64,000 bases of DNA from Candidatus Eiseniibacteriota bacterium (GTDB lineage Bacteria > Eisenbacteria > RBG-16-71-46), in contig CAVUWA010000002.1 in assembly GCA_963744995.1 (NCBI GenBank), positions 358,654-422,653 of the forward strand. The letters are read 5' to 3'. Both the position numbers and the translations under genes were made by a program. Position 1 is the first letter of the stretch. Each line of letters opens with the position of its first letter. Below the pieces are notes generated by a model. That model did not search any database and was not told where the DNA came from. It was given only the letters and a program-made list of their open reading frames with translations. Shown here in pieces: positions 1-10,673 of this stretch.

Positions 1-395
1 AGCCACGCTCCGGCATGCTCGCCCGAGTAGTGCAGCCGCAGCGACATCGCGCCCGAGGACGAGGCGCTCCACGCCCCGGCACCTGCGCCGCGGAGTCCCA
101 ACTCCAGTCGTGCGCCCGGAGGCGCAGCCCGTGGGGCGAGGCCGGCGCGCGCCGCGGCATCCGCAGGGCCCTGCCGCGCGCCGAGCCCGAACGAAGCGGT
201 CCCCGCGACGCCGTAGCCGAGGCGCGTTCCGTCGAACCACAGCGCCGGCGCGAAGCCGGTGGCCGGAGCGCCCGCGGGCCACGCATTCATCCAGCTGCGT
301 TCGAGCGGCGCCGGGAACGGCTGCGCAGCGGCGGAGCGTGCGCCGGGCGCCAGCAGCAGCAGCGACATGAGCAGGGGGGCGGCACGGCTTTTCAT
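1..395 (-). CDS. hypothetical secreted protein (3' end cut by window edge)
   Basis: Absent from the ORF track because it runs off the window. My translation of the reverse strand from ATG 395 gives MKSRAAPLLMSLLLLAPGARSAAAQPFPAPLERSWMNAWPAG..., open to position 1. It has high GC3 and a signal-peptide-like N-terminus. ATGA start/stop overlap with the gene ending at 392. Confidence 0.5.
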   Translation of the reverse strand, partial: MKSRAAPLLMSLLLLAPGARSAAAQPFPAPLERSWMNAWPAGAPATGFAPALWFDGTRLGYGVAGTASFGLGARQGPADAAARAGLAPRAAPPGARLELGLRGAGAGAWSASSSGAMSLRLHYSGEHAGAW

Positions 396-1045
396 GGGCC
401 CGGGCCTCGTTTCGTCCTTCGGGATTCGACCGGTCCGTCGAACGTTCTCACCAGCCGGCGCATGCACGCAACCGTCGCGCCATCCGGTGCGATGCCGGAG
501 CGAATGTCGAGGTCGATGCGTTCGCGCAGCCGCATCAGCTCGTCGTCGCTCACGCCCGCGCGCAACGCGGTCAACACGGCGGCGCTCGCGGTCCCGACCG
601 GAACGCGCCGGCTCAGGAGGTCCGCGAGCACGACCAGAGGAACGACCAGCGGGCGCGCGCCGGCCGCCGGTCGCAGCCCGGCCAGGGAGTCGGCGGAAAC
701 GCCGGCGGAGAGTGCGACCGACGCGGCGACCAGTTCCGACGGTGTGGACCCCCCGCCCAGCAGTTCCCGTGACCGTCTCATGTCGGCGGCGAGCCGGCGG
801 ACCGCCGCGACCACGCGCGGCCCCGGCGCGCCGCGGCTCGCCCCTTCGAGCGCGCGGGCGATCAGGGGTTCCACGGGCAGGTGGTCGAGCCGTGCCGCCT
901 CGACGATTTCGTCGACTGCCGCCGCGGTCGCCGGTTCCAGGCGGACGTCCCACGAGGTGTCGGCGGGCGCCGCGTGTGCGGATCCCGCAGCCAGCAGGAT
1001 GACCAGGCACCCCGCGAGCGCCAGGCGCCGGCGCACGCCGGCCAT
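392..1045 (-). CDS. hypothetical secreted protein
   Basis: Frame of ORF 392..1459, started at internal ATG 1045, which gives MAGVRRRLALAGCLVILLAAGSAHA (signal peptide). The upstream part of the ORF is Arg/Gly junk. The start abuts or overlaps the end of the anti-sigma gene (shared base 1045). No family recognised. Confidence 0.6.
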   Translation of the reverse strand: MAGVRRRLALAGCLVILLAAGSAHAAPADTSWDVRLEPATAAAVDEIVEAARLDHLPVEPLIARALEGASRGAPGPRVVAAVRRLAADMRRSRELLGGGSTPSELVAASVALSAGVSADSLAGLRPAAGARPLVVPLVVLADLLSRRVPVGTASAAVLTALRAGVSDDELMRLRERIDLDIRSGIAPDGATVACMRRLVRTFDGPVESRRTKRGPGP

Positions 1046-1608
1046 CAAGCGCCTCCCTTCACCACCACGACCGAGCGCGACGGGCCGAGATCGTCGGCCG
1101 GTGTCAGGGGCGCGAGCGGATCGTTCATCCAGCGCGTCCCATCGACCACGAATGCGTATGAATGCCAGCCCGCCGGGAGTGTCACGCTGACCGACCAGTA
1201 GCCCGCGACCGGACCCGGCGCGAGCGGCGTCGCGTTTCGATCCCAGCCGTTGAAGTCGCCGACGAGCGAGACGCGCGATGCCGCCGGATCGGCGAACACG
1301 AAGCGGACCGCGCGCGGATCGGACGCCACCACGGGCGTTGCGCCCGACGGGGTGCGGGGCGTCAGCCGCCAGGCGGCCGCGGCGCCGAACGCGACCAGAA
1401 CCAGCGCCGCCGCCGCCACCGCCAGCGGGCGCACGGTCACGGTGCGCGGCCGCAGCCACGAGAACGCGTCAGCACGTGGCTGCCGGCGTCGCTCGATCGC
1501 GGCCAGGATTCGCGCCGCTGCGCCCGGCGCGGGCGGCGGCGTCTCGTGGTAGGCGCGCCGCAGGCGTTCGGCGAACCCCGCGGCCTCGCGATCGTCGCGC
1601 TCACTCAC
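1045..1608 (-). CDS. anti-sigma factor with C-terminal glycogen-binding (CBM48/AMPK-beta-like) domain
   Basis: 187 aa. Short cytoplasmic N-terminus, one TM helix (LAVAAAALVLVAFGAAAAW), then VRFVFADPAASRVSLVGDFNGWD...WHSYAFVVDGTRWMNDP, the typical early-set/CBM48 motif. Overlaps the stop of the ECF sigma gene by 8 nt. Confidence 0.7.
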   Translation of the reverse strand: MSERDDREAAGFAERLRRAYHETPPPAPGAAARILAAIERRRQPRADAFSWLRPRTVTVRPLAVAAAALVLVAFGAAAAWRLTPRTPSGATPVVASDPRAVRFVFADPAASRVSLVGDFNGWDRNATPLAPGPVAGYWSVSVTLPAGWHSYAFVVDGTRWMNDPLAPLTPADDLGPSRSVVVVKGGA

Positions 1609-2146
1609 CGGAACGCTCCTCCAGCAGCGGGCGCACCGTGTCGCGCGCCCTCTTCACGCGCATCTTGAGCGCGGAGACGCTCGCACCGGTCACGCGCCTC
1701 ATGTCCTCGTAGGTCATGTCCTCTCCGTATTTGAGCAGCAGCGCCTCGCGCAGCGTCGGCTCGAGCGCCTCGAGCGCGCCCTGCAGCGCGTCATCCGGCC
1801 CCGTGTCGTCCCGGGGCCCCGGGGCGGCGGCTTCCTCGACCAGCGCGCCGCCGACGAAGCGGCGCGCCTCGCGCGAGCGCCGGCGGGCATGGGAGCGGCA
1901 CTGGTTCACCAGGATCCGGAACAGCCACGACTTGAACCGATCCCGCTCGCGATAACGCCGCAGCGCCGCGAACGCGTGCAGGAACGTCTCCTGGACGACA
2001 TCCTCCGCATCCTCCGCGCGGCCCAGCATGCGGCGCGCGTAGCGGGCGCAGGCCGCATGGTGCCGCTCGACGAGTTCCGTGAACCCGCCGGCATCGCCCG
2101 CGACCGCGCGCATGACCAGCGCGGCATCCGAGATGTCGCTCTGCAA
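1601..2146 (-). CDS. ECF (sigma-70 family) RNA polymerase sigma factor
   Basis: Region 2 is DVVQETFLHAFAALRRYRERDRFKSWLFRILVNQC; region 4 is EALLLKYGEDMTYEDMRRVTGASVSALKMRVKRAR. The 294-aa track ORF is over-extended at its N-terminus. The likely start is TTG 2146 (MQSDISDAALV...) or ATG 2113. Confidence 0.85.
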   Translation of the reverse strand: MQSDISDAALVMRAVAGDAGGFTELVERHHAACARYARRMLGRAEDAEDVVQETFLHAFAALRRYRERDRFKSWLFRILVNQCRSHARRRSREARRFVGGALVEEAAAPGPRDDTGPDDALQGALEALEPTLREALLLKYGEDMTYEDMRRVTGASVSALKMRVKRARDTVRPLLEERSGE

Positions 2147-2332
2147 GGCCGCTGTTCCGTCTCCCTCCGCCGGTCGGCCGCGCCCCGGGTCAGGTTCCGG
2201 CCGCGCCTTCTGTTCGTACAACGCGCGAACGCCGCCCGGGGTCACATCGGCAGGAAAATTTCGCGCGACGTGACCTCCGGCGCCGTCGCGGCGTTCTACA
2301 GGATGACGATCGGGCTCTGGAGGAGGTCCACC

Positions 2333-3250
2333 ATGAACCATCATGCCTCGCGTTTCATCCGGCTGGCACTCGTCGTCCCGTGCCTGTGTGCCGCTCCGCT
2401 GGCGGCCGGCGCCGCGTCGGTCGCGGGAACCGTCCGCGATGCCGTGACGCTCGATCCCGTTCCGGACGTTCAACTCACGCTCCACGTGCTCGACCCCGAC
2501 TCGGTCGCGATCGCCGCGACCAGCGGCCCGGGCGGCGCCTACGCCATCACGGGGGCCCCCGACGGGAACCGGCTCTACGTGCTCACCGGCGGCGGTGGTC
2601 CGGTCTACGCCGGCTTCTACGCGCGGCTGCCGATTCCGGATCCGACGCTGACGTTCGACGTGCTGCTCGACTCCCTGCAGATCGCGCCGCCCGGAGAACC
2701 CTACGACTCATCGGCGGTATTCGGGCAGATTCTTTCGAGTCCCGACGGCATGGCGGTGCCCGGAGCGGCGGTGAGCCTCTCTTCCGGAGACGGCGCCTAC
2801 GTCGTTCACACGGGCGTAGATGGCCGCTATGCGCTGACGGTGCCATTGGGCACCTATACCGCAGGCGTCACCGCCGACGGCTACGAGCCGGTCACCGATG
2901 CCGGGCTCGAGGCCGAAACGGGAGGGCTCTCCTACGACGCCTTCCTCGTGCTCTCCACCGCCGACACACCGCCACCCGGTCCGCAGGGCGTTGCGGGCAT
3001 CCGTTCCATCCGCCCCAATCCGTCGCGCGGCTCGACCGAGATCCGCTACGTGCTGGCCGTGGCCGGACGCGTCGAGCTGGCGATCTACGACCTGTCGGGG
3101 CGTGAAGTGTCGCACCTGGTGTCCGGCTGGAACGACACGGGCCCGCAGGTGGCGACGTTCGACGCCGCGCGCCTGCCTGCCGGGGTCTACTTCTGCCGCC
3201 TGCAGGCGCCCGGAACGTCGGTATCGCGGCGGGTGGCGATCATGCCCTGA
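2333..3250 (+). CDS. secreted protein with carboxypeptidase-regulatory-like domains and FlgD-Ig/T9SS-type C-terminal domain
   Basis: Start ATG 2333 is preceded by AGGAGG (2321-2326). Signal peptide MNHHASRFIRLALVVPCLCAAPLAAGAA. Motifs GTVRDAVTLDPVPDVQL and HTGVDGRYALTVPLGTY (CarboxypepD_reg-like). C-terminus IRPNPSRGSTEIRYVLAVAGRVELAIYDLSGREV...AGVYFCRLQAPG. Confidence 0.8.
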   Translation: MNHHASRFIRLALVVPCLCAAPLAAGAASVAGTVRDAVTLDPVPDVQLTLHVLDPDSVAIAATSGPGGAYAITGAPDGNRLYVLTGGGGPVYAGFYARLPIPDPTLTFDVLLDSLQIAPPGEPYDSSAVFGQILSSPDGMAVPGAAVSLSSGDGAYVVHTGVDGRYALTVPLGTYTAGVTADGYEPVTDAGLEAETGGLSYDAFLVLSTADTPPPGPQGVAGIRSIRPNPSRGSTEIRYVLAVAGRVELAIYDLSGREVSHLVSGWNDTGPQVATFDAARLPAGVYFCRLQAPGTSVSRRVAIMP

Positions 3251-3266
3251 CCCGCTTCGTGCGCAC

Positions 3267-3293
3267 GCGGCGGCGCTCCACGAGCGCCGCCGC
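3267..3293 (+). terminator. GC-rich hairpin 17 nt after the stop of the 2333-3250 gene
   Basis: Perfect 11-bp stem gcggcggcgct / agcgccgccgc with a 5-nt loop ccacg. No U-tract follows, which may be usual in GC-rich genomes. Confidence 0.45.
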
Positions 3294-3326
3294 CCGTGCG
3301 CCACCGCGTCTGCATCGCGCGCGCAT

Positions 3327-3348
3327 CCGGTGCTATTCTGAGCACCGG
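3327..3348 (+). promoter_or_regulatory. extended -10-like promoter element inside an 8-bp inverted repeat
   Basis: ccggtgctattctgagcaccgg: TGc+TATTCT about 35-40 nt upstream of the kinase start. CCGGTGCT / AGCACCGG is a perfect inverted repeat. The 17-mer ccggtgctattctgagc recurs identically at 7644-7660. Confidence 0.35.
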
Positions 3349-3377
3349 GTTTGCAGACGTGACGGGTGGAGCGGGGC

Positions 3378-5507
<2,130 letters not shown>

Positions 5508-5550
5508 CGAAGCGGATTCAAACGGCGGTGGGAGCCAGGGGGGAGCCTCC

Positions 5551-6201
5551 GTGAGAATTGGGATCGTGGCGGACATCCACGACGCGGTGGAGCCCTTGCG
5601 TTGCGCGCTCGAGCACTTCGCAGGGATGGGGGTCGAGCAGGTCGTTTCACTGGGCGACGCGTTCGACTCGTACGAGCGCGGAGATCCAGGCGCGGAGGTT
5701 GCGAAACTCCTGAACGATGCCGGCGCGGTCGGGGTCTGGGGAAATCACGACTTCGGTCTCAGTTTCGACCTGACAGACGCCGTCTCCGCCACGGCTGCCC
5801 CGACGCTTCTGGAGCTTGCCGCGGGCTTCTGCGCCCATCTGGTGCTCGGCGACTGTCGATTCAGTCACATCGAACCGTGGCGGGATTCCTACTCGATCGT
5901 GGACCTGTGGACTCACCTCGACGTCCCGAACACACCTGAAAGGGCGCGACGCAGTTTCACCGCCGCGCCCGAGCGCATCTTCTTCATAGGTCATTACCAC
6001 TCCTGGTTCGCGCTCCGGGAACAGGGTTCCGTCGACTGGGACGGCTCTTCGCCTCTCGAAATCAACAAAGCAAGTCGTTACCTCATCGGTGTGGCGGCCG
6101 TAGTGGGCGGGTGGAGCGCGGTCTTCGACACGGAGGATTCTGTGCTCACCCCCGTTTCGTGTGGTCTGAAGCGCGGCAACGACCGGGCCGACCGCCTGTA
6201 G
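5551..6201 (+). CDS. metallophosphoesterase family protein
   Basis: GTG 5551 follows a G-rich RBS. Motifs VRIGIVADIHD, SLGDAFD and WGNHD are the calcineurin-like phosphoesterase signatures. The upstream part of track ORF 5221..6201 overlaps the kinase gene and is not coding. Confidence 0.75.
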   Translation: MRIGIVADIHDAVEPLRCALEHFAGMGVEQVVSLGDAFDSYERGDPGAEVAKLLNDAGAVGVWGNHDFGLSFDLTDAVSATAAPTLLELAAGFCAHLVLGDCRFSHIEPWRDSYSIVDLWTHLDVPNTPERARRSFTAAPERIFFIGHYHSWFALREQGSVDWDGSSPLEINKASRYLIGVAAVVGGWSAVFDTEDSVLTPVSCGLKRGNDRADRL

Positions 6202-6280
6202 CGTATGCCCGGCCTGCAGGGAGAAGACAGAGCTCTCGCCCGGAGATCGAGTGCCGGAGGTCGAGGACCGCAGGCTGGAA

Positions 6281-7501
6281 CTACTGAGGCGCGGGGGCGA
6301 CGTGGAACGTGAGGACATGGCGCCGCTGCTGTCTGTCGAGTGGCGTGCCGCCGCCGGCGTCGACGAGCGCGACCAGCGCGAACGGATCCAGCACGAGCGA
6401 CTCTATCACCCCGTCGGCGTCCTGGGCGAGCGAGGTCACACAGGACGGCCCGGCGTAGACGGCACGGATGTAACCGGCGACGTTTGGACTGCGCCGGAAT
6501 GAGCCCGGGTCGAAGTTCGGGAATGCGAGCGAGAACGAAGACACCAGCCTGGACCCGCCGGGCTGCAGCGTCTGAATCCCGGTGCGGAACGCGATCGGCG
6601 CGCCGACGTACCCGAGCGACTGCAGTACCGGATCATCGCCGGAGCCGGGCGTAAAGCCGGGCGGCAGGGCGGGATCCGTCGGCACGACGACCGGCTCGTA
6701 ACGGGAGTCCCGGTCGTAGCCGCCGAGCACGACGACGATCCACGAGCCCTGCCGGACCGTGTCGCCTTCGGACCTTGCGTAGATGCGGTCTCCACGGAGC
6801 TCATAGAACGTGCGGCGCTCGAAGTCGCCGCCCGGCGGCAGGCGCCGTGTCGGAATGTAGTCCAGCGAATCGGGTCCGAAGTACGGGCGCCCGTCCGGCG
6901 GCCACGCGGGATTCGTCGCAAACGTGGCCCAGTCGAGCACGTCCACGGCGCGTCCGTCACCGTCGCTGGATGCGGGCCACCGATCCGGGTCGGGACCGGC
7001 GAACCAGGAGCAGGGCGGGAAGCCCGACAGGAAGAAGATCTTGATGTCGCCGCCACCGGCACGGTCCGGCGCGTGGACCGTGACCTCCTGCCGGCCGGGT
7101 CCGAACGTCGGACGGTCGCCTCGACCCTGCGGGTCGGCCAGCGTCGAGCGCAGGACGATCGCTTCGGAGCCGGCGGCGTTCGTGGTGGCCTCGGTGCCGC
7201 CGGGCAGCCACTGGATCTGCTCGAGGGATGCGTAGGCGGCGATCGTATCGAGCGCGAGGTAACCGTGGTCGAACACGTAGAACGACTCGTTCGTCCGGAC
7301 CCGCGGTGAGAGATCGCGTGCGAGCGAAACGCTCACGCCCCGAAACGTGAGCCGTGGGGTGAGCGTCTGCGACTGGGCCTGGGTGACCGCCGCGGATCCG
7401 GATGGTGTTGCGGAGCCCGCGTGCCGCGGGGCCAGTGACCTGCCGCATCCTGCCGCGAACAGCAGCAGAGCGAGCCAGAGGACCTTCCGGGATGCTGACA
7501 T
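6281..7501 (-). CDS. hypothetical lipoprotein
   Basis: MSASRKVLWLALLLFAAGCG carries a lipobox (LFAAGC). 406 aa with high GC3. No family recognised. Confidence 0.75.
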   Translation of the reverse strand: MSASRKVLWLALLLFAAGCGRSLAPRHAGSATPSGSAAVTQAQSQTLTPRLTFRGVSVSLARDLSPRVRTNESFYVFDHGYLALDTIAAYASLEQIQWLPGGTEATTNAAGSEAIVLRSTLADPQGRGDRPTFGPGRQEVTVHAPDRAGGGDIKIFFLSGFPPCSWFAGPDPDRWPASSDGDGRAVDVLDWATFATNPAWPPDGRPYFGPDSLDYIPTRRLPPGGDFERRTFYELRGDRIYARSEGDTVRQGSWIVVVLGGYDRDSRYEPVVVPTDPALPPGFTPGSGDDPVLQSLGYVGAPIAFRTGIQTLQPGGSRLVSSFSLAFPNFDPGSFRRSPNVAGYIRAVYAGPSCVTSLAQDADGVIESLVLDPFALVALVDAGGGTPLDRQQRRHVLTFHVAPAPQ

Positions 7502-7643
7502 CGTGGAGCCTCATGACCGGTTGGAATCGAACCCGGGCCCCGTCAACGGCAGATCGAGGCTAGCACCGGGCGCCGGAATCGCCCAGGTCATTCCGCCTGG
7601 CCCGACGGATTCCACGGTGGCCCGTCCTGCGTGGGAAGGGCTT

Positions 7644-7660
7644 CCGGTGCTATTCTGAGC
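7644..7660 (+). promoter_or_regulatory. extended -10-like promoter element upstream of the beta-ureidopropionase operon
   Basis: ccggtgctattctgagc is identical to 3327-3343. TGcTATTCT lies about 100 nt upstream of ATG 7760, in the divergent intergenic region 7502-7759. Confidence 0.35.
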
Positions 7661-7759
7661 CGCATGCGCGTGGCGGGAGGTGGGACCTCCCCGTCCGTCA
7701 GGGCTCTCGAGGCCACGCGGCCCAGCGTGTCGTCCCTTTCGAATCGAGGAGAGAACTCC

Positions 7760-8626
7760 ATGCCCCGCAAACTCATCGGCGGGTTGATCCAGTGCAGCAA
7801 TCCGATCAACGACGAGTCGATGCCCGTCGAGAAGATCAAGCAGGCGATGTTCGACAAGCACGTGCCGCTCATCGAAGAGGCAGGCAAGAAGGGCGTGCAG
7901 GTGCTCTGCCTGCAGGAGATCTTCAACGGCCCCTACTTCTGCCCGGGCCAGGACGCGCGCTGGTACGACGCGGCCGAGGAAGTGCCCGGTCCGACCACCG
8001 ACGCGGTGGCGAAGATCGCGGCGAAGCACAAGATGGCGGTGGTGGTGCCGGTGTACGAGAAGGAAATGCCCGGCGTGCTCTACAACACCGCCGCCGTGTA
8101 CGACTTCGACGGCACCTACCTCGGCAAGTACCGCAAGAACCACATCCCGCATACCTCGGGCTTCTGGGAGAAGTACTTCTTCAAGCCCGGCAACCTCGGC
8201 TATCCGGTGTTCGAGACGCGCTACGCCAAGGTCGGCGTGTACATCTGCTACGACCGCCACTTCCCGGAGGGCGCGAGGGCGCTGGGCCTCAACGGCGCCG
8301 AAATCGTGTTCAACCCGAGCGCCACGGTCGCGGGGCTGTCGCAGTACCTGTGGAAGCTCGAGCAGCCCGCGCACGCGGTCGCCAACGGCTACTTCATGGG
8401 CTGCATCAACCGCGTCGGCACCGAAGCCCCGTGGAACATCGGCAAGTTCTACGGCTCGTCCTATTTCGTGGATCCGCGCGGCAACTTCCTCGCTCAGGCC
8501 AATGAAGACGACGACGCGCTGGTCGTGGCCGAGATGGACCTCGACATGATCGACGACGTGCGCAAGGTGTGGCAGTTCTATCGCGATCGCCGCCCGGAGA
8601 CGTACGACGAGCTGGTGGACATCTGA
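7760..8626 (+). CDS. beta-ureidopropionase-like carbon-nitrogen hydrolase (nitrilase superfamily)
   Basis: MPRKLIGGLIQCSNPIN... The Glu-Lys-Cys triad contexts are CLQEIFNGPYF, YRKNHIPH and VYICYDRHFPE. The pathway context is the dihydropyrimidinase and PreT/PreA genes in the same window. RBS GGAGAG precedes ATG 7760. Confidence 0.85.
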   Translation: MPRKLIGGLIQCSNPINDESMPVEKIKQAMFDKHVPLIEEAGKKGVQVLCLQEIFNGPYFCPGQDARWYDAAEEVPGPTTDAVAKIAAKHKMAVVVPVYEKEMPGVLYNTAAVYDFDGTYLGKYRKNHIPHTSGFWEKYFFKPGNLGYPVFETRYAKVGVYICYDRHFPEGARALGLNGAEIVFNPSATVAGLSQYLWKLEQPAHAVANGYFMGCINRVGTEAPWNIGKFYGSSYFVDPRGNFLAQANEDDDALVVAEMDLDMIDDVRKVWQFYRDRRPETYDELVDI

Positions 8627-9318
8627 TGACGGAGCGCGGCACGGGCCTGACGGAGGACCATACGCTCGTCCGCGCCGGCCGCTACCTGATCTTCACGAAC
8701 GGCGTCGAGTGCGGCGAGGAACGCTGGACGCTCGAGGCGCGCGCCGACGGGCTCGTGGTGACCGGCGTGCAGGAGACGGTGCGGCCGCATCCGTTTCCGA
8801 GCCGCCTCGAATACCGCGCGACGCTGACCCCGGAGTGGCGCGTGACCGGGGTCGAGTTGCGCTGGGCGGCGGGCGAACGCGAGATCCTCGCCACGCACCG
8901 CGCCGAGGCCGAGCGCTGGCATGCGCGCATCCAGTCCGGCTCCGAGGCGCGCGAGCAGCAGGGCGACTATCCGCTCGTCTGCGAGATCGAGATCCCGACG
9001 CACCTGTCGGTGACGTTCGTGCTGGCGCGTCGCGCGTTCCAGGTCGGCGGCGAGCACGAGTTCCCGCTGCTCCGGATCGGGCCGCCGGTGATGGCCGTCT
9101 CGCCGGAGCGGATGCTGATCCGCTGCGTGGAGAGCGGCACGATCATGTCGCCGCGCGGCCCGCTCCAGGCGAAGCGCTACGTGGCGAGCCTGCCGCCCGC
9201 CGGCGAAGCCGAGGGCTACACCTTCTGGGCCGACGAGGACGGCGTGGTGCTCGAGTCGTACGAGGGCGCGGAGCCCGAGCGGCCGTGGATGCAGCTGGTC
9301 GAGCTGAGCGCGCCGTGA
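8626..9318 (+). CDS. hypothetical protein, translationally coupled to the CN-hydrolase
   Basis: ATG 8626 overlaps TGA 8624-8626. The 230-aa product is MTERGTGLTEDHTLVRAGRYLIFTNGVECGEERW... No family recognised. Confidence 0.65.
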   Translation: MTERGTGLTEDHTLVRAGRYLIFTNGVECGEERWTLEARADGLVVTGVQETVRPHPFPSRLEYRATLTPEWRVTGVELRWAAGEREILATHRAEAERWHARIQSGSEAREQQGDYPLVCEIEIPTHLSVTFVLARRAFQVGGEHEFPLLRIGPPVMAVSPERMLIRCVESGTIMSPRGPLQAKRYVASLPPAGEAEGYTFWADEDGVVLESYEGAEPERPWMQLVELSAP

Positions 9319-9352
9319 GGCGCGCCGCCCGACGCAGCGTGCGGAGCGCCGC

Positions 9353-9769
9353 GTGAGGCCGCCGGTCAGGCGCGTGCTCGAGACCGCGCTCTACGTGGAC
9401 GATCTCGAGCGCGCGGTCGCCTTCTACCGCGACGTGCTCGGCATGCGTCCGATGGGCGAGCCGCCGCGGCTGGTGCCGATGGATGCGGGCGCCGGCACCG
9501 TGCTGCTGCTGTTCGAACGTGGGAAGACCCTGGAGGGCGCCCGGACCCCGGGCGGCTTCATCCCGCCGCACGACGGCGCGGGCCCGGTGCACGTGGCGTT
9601 CGCCGTGGACACCGAAGAGCTCGCCGCGTGGGAGTCGCATCTGGCCTCCCACGGCGTGGCGATCGAGAGCCGCGTGACCTGGCCGCGCGGCGGCACGAGC
9701 CTCTACTTCCGCGATCCCGACGGCCACTCGCTGGAGCTGGCGACGCCGGGGTTGTGGGAGACGTACTGA
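9353..9769 (+). CDS. VOC/glyoxalase-bleomycin resistance family protein
   Basis: LETALYVDDLERAVAFYRDVLGM ... HVAFAV ... SLYFRDPDGHSLEL, a typical paired beta-alpha-beta-beta-beta VOC signature. GTG start. Confidence 0.8.
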   Translation: MRPPVRRVLETALYVDDLERAVAFYRDVLGMRPMGEPPRLVPMDAGAGTVLLLFERGKTLEGARTPGGFIPPHDGAGPVHVAFAVDTEELAAWESHLASHGVAIESRVTWPRGGTSLYFRDPDGHSLELATPGLWETY

Positions 9770-9796
9770 GGACGCCGCGCCGCCAGCGCGGCGTCC
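9770..9796. terminator. bidirectional GC hairpin between convergent genes
   Basis: ggacgccgcg-ccgccag-cgcggcgtcc forms a perfect 10-bp stem. It starts immediately after stop 9769 and ends 10 nt before the convergent stop at 9807. Confidence 0.45.
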
Positions 9797-9806
9797 CGGC
9801 GCGGGG

Positions 9807-10673
9807 CTACCGGTAGATCGTCTTCAGCCGGCCCCAGCTGCTCGATCGCGCCGGGGTGGCCAGCGGAACCGGGGCGAGCCCGTCGAAATTGCCCGGAGGG
9901 AGCGGGACGGTCTGGACGATCTGCCCGGTGTCCGGGTCGATTCGGACCAGCTCGATCTGCGCAGGAATGCCGATGGTCGTGTAGTTCAGCGCCCACAGGT
10001 TTCCCTCGTTCGAGAAGGTCATTCCCATGTAGTAGCCAAGGGCGGAATTGACCTGATGCGTGCCCGTCACTTCGAACGTGGCCGGGCGCACGATCCGCTG
10101 GACCGTGGCCACGCCGCCAACGATGTGTGACGCCGCATAGACTTCTCCGTTGGGCCCTGCAGCGATCGCGGTCATGTCGGCGCCGACACCGGACAGATCG
10201 GCGATGTTCGAGAGCGAACCGTCGGCCGCGAGATCGGCGAGGGTGGAGGCGCGCACCGGGCCGTCGCACGGACCGGCCTCGTAGGAAATGATCAAGGTCG
10301 TGCCGTCGCTCGTCATGTCTCCGTTGCGGCTGGTCTCGAGGGTGGTGCCGCCGATGGTGAGCAGGGCGAAGGGGCTGGCGACCGTCCATGTGCTCGGGTC
10401 GATGGACTGGAGCACGTGGCTGAGCGGACAGGGAACAGGCTGATTGCGGAACTGACCCGTCCACAGCAGCCCATCCTGGAGCGCAAGCCGTGGGTTCGCG
10501 AACGGATAGAACGTCGGTGACAGTTGGGTCACGTTTCCCGTATTCGTGTCGATCAGGACCACCCAGTCCTCGTTGCCTTCGGCGGAATAGAGGAGATCGG
10601 CATCGGCGCGGCCTGCGGGTCCCGCGAGCAGCAGGGCAACAGCGAGCGAAAAAGCGAGGATGCGGTGGATCAT
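9807..10673 (-). CDS. hypothetical secreted protein (beta-propeller-like?)
   Basis: Start ATG 10673 gives MIHRILAFSLAVALLLAGPAGRADA (signal peptide). Repetitive beta-rich sequence. Ends in the basic tail TPARSSSWGRLKTIYR. Confidence 0.7.
   Translation of the reverse strand: MIHRILAFSLAVALLLAGPAGRADADLLYSAEGNEDWVVLIDTNTGNVTQLSPTFYPFANPRLALQDGLLWTGQFRNQPVPCPLSHVLQSIDPSTWTVASPFALLTIGGTTLETSRNGDMTSDGTTLIISYEAGPCDGPVRASTLADLAADGSLSNIADLSGVGADMTAIAAGPNGEVYAASHIVGGVATVQRIVRPATFEVTGTHQVNSALGYYMGMTFSNEGNLWALNYTTIGIPAQIELVRIDPDTGQIVQTVPLPPGNFDGLAPVPLATPARSSSWGRLKTIYR

Noticed and set aside
15-1190. 391-aa + strand ORF at the window start, and other + ORFs between 110 and 1712
   Set aside because: They are Arg/Ser/Ala-rich and motif-free. 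The minus strand carries a coherent four-gene ECF operon with overlapping stops and starts.
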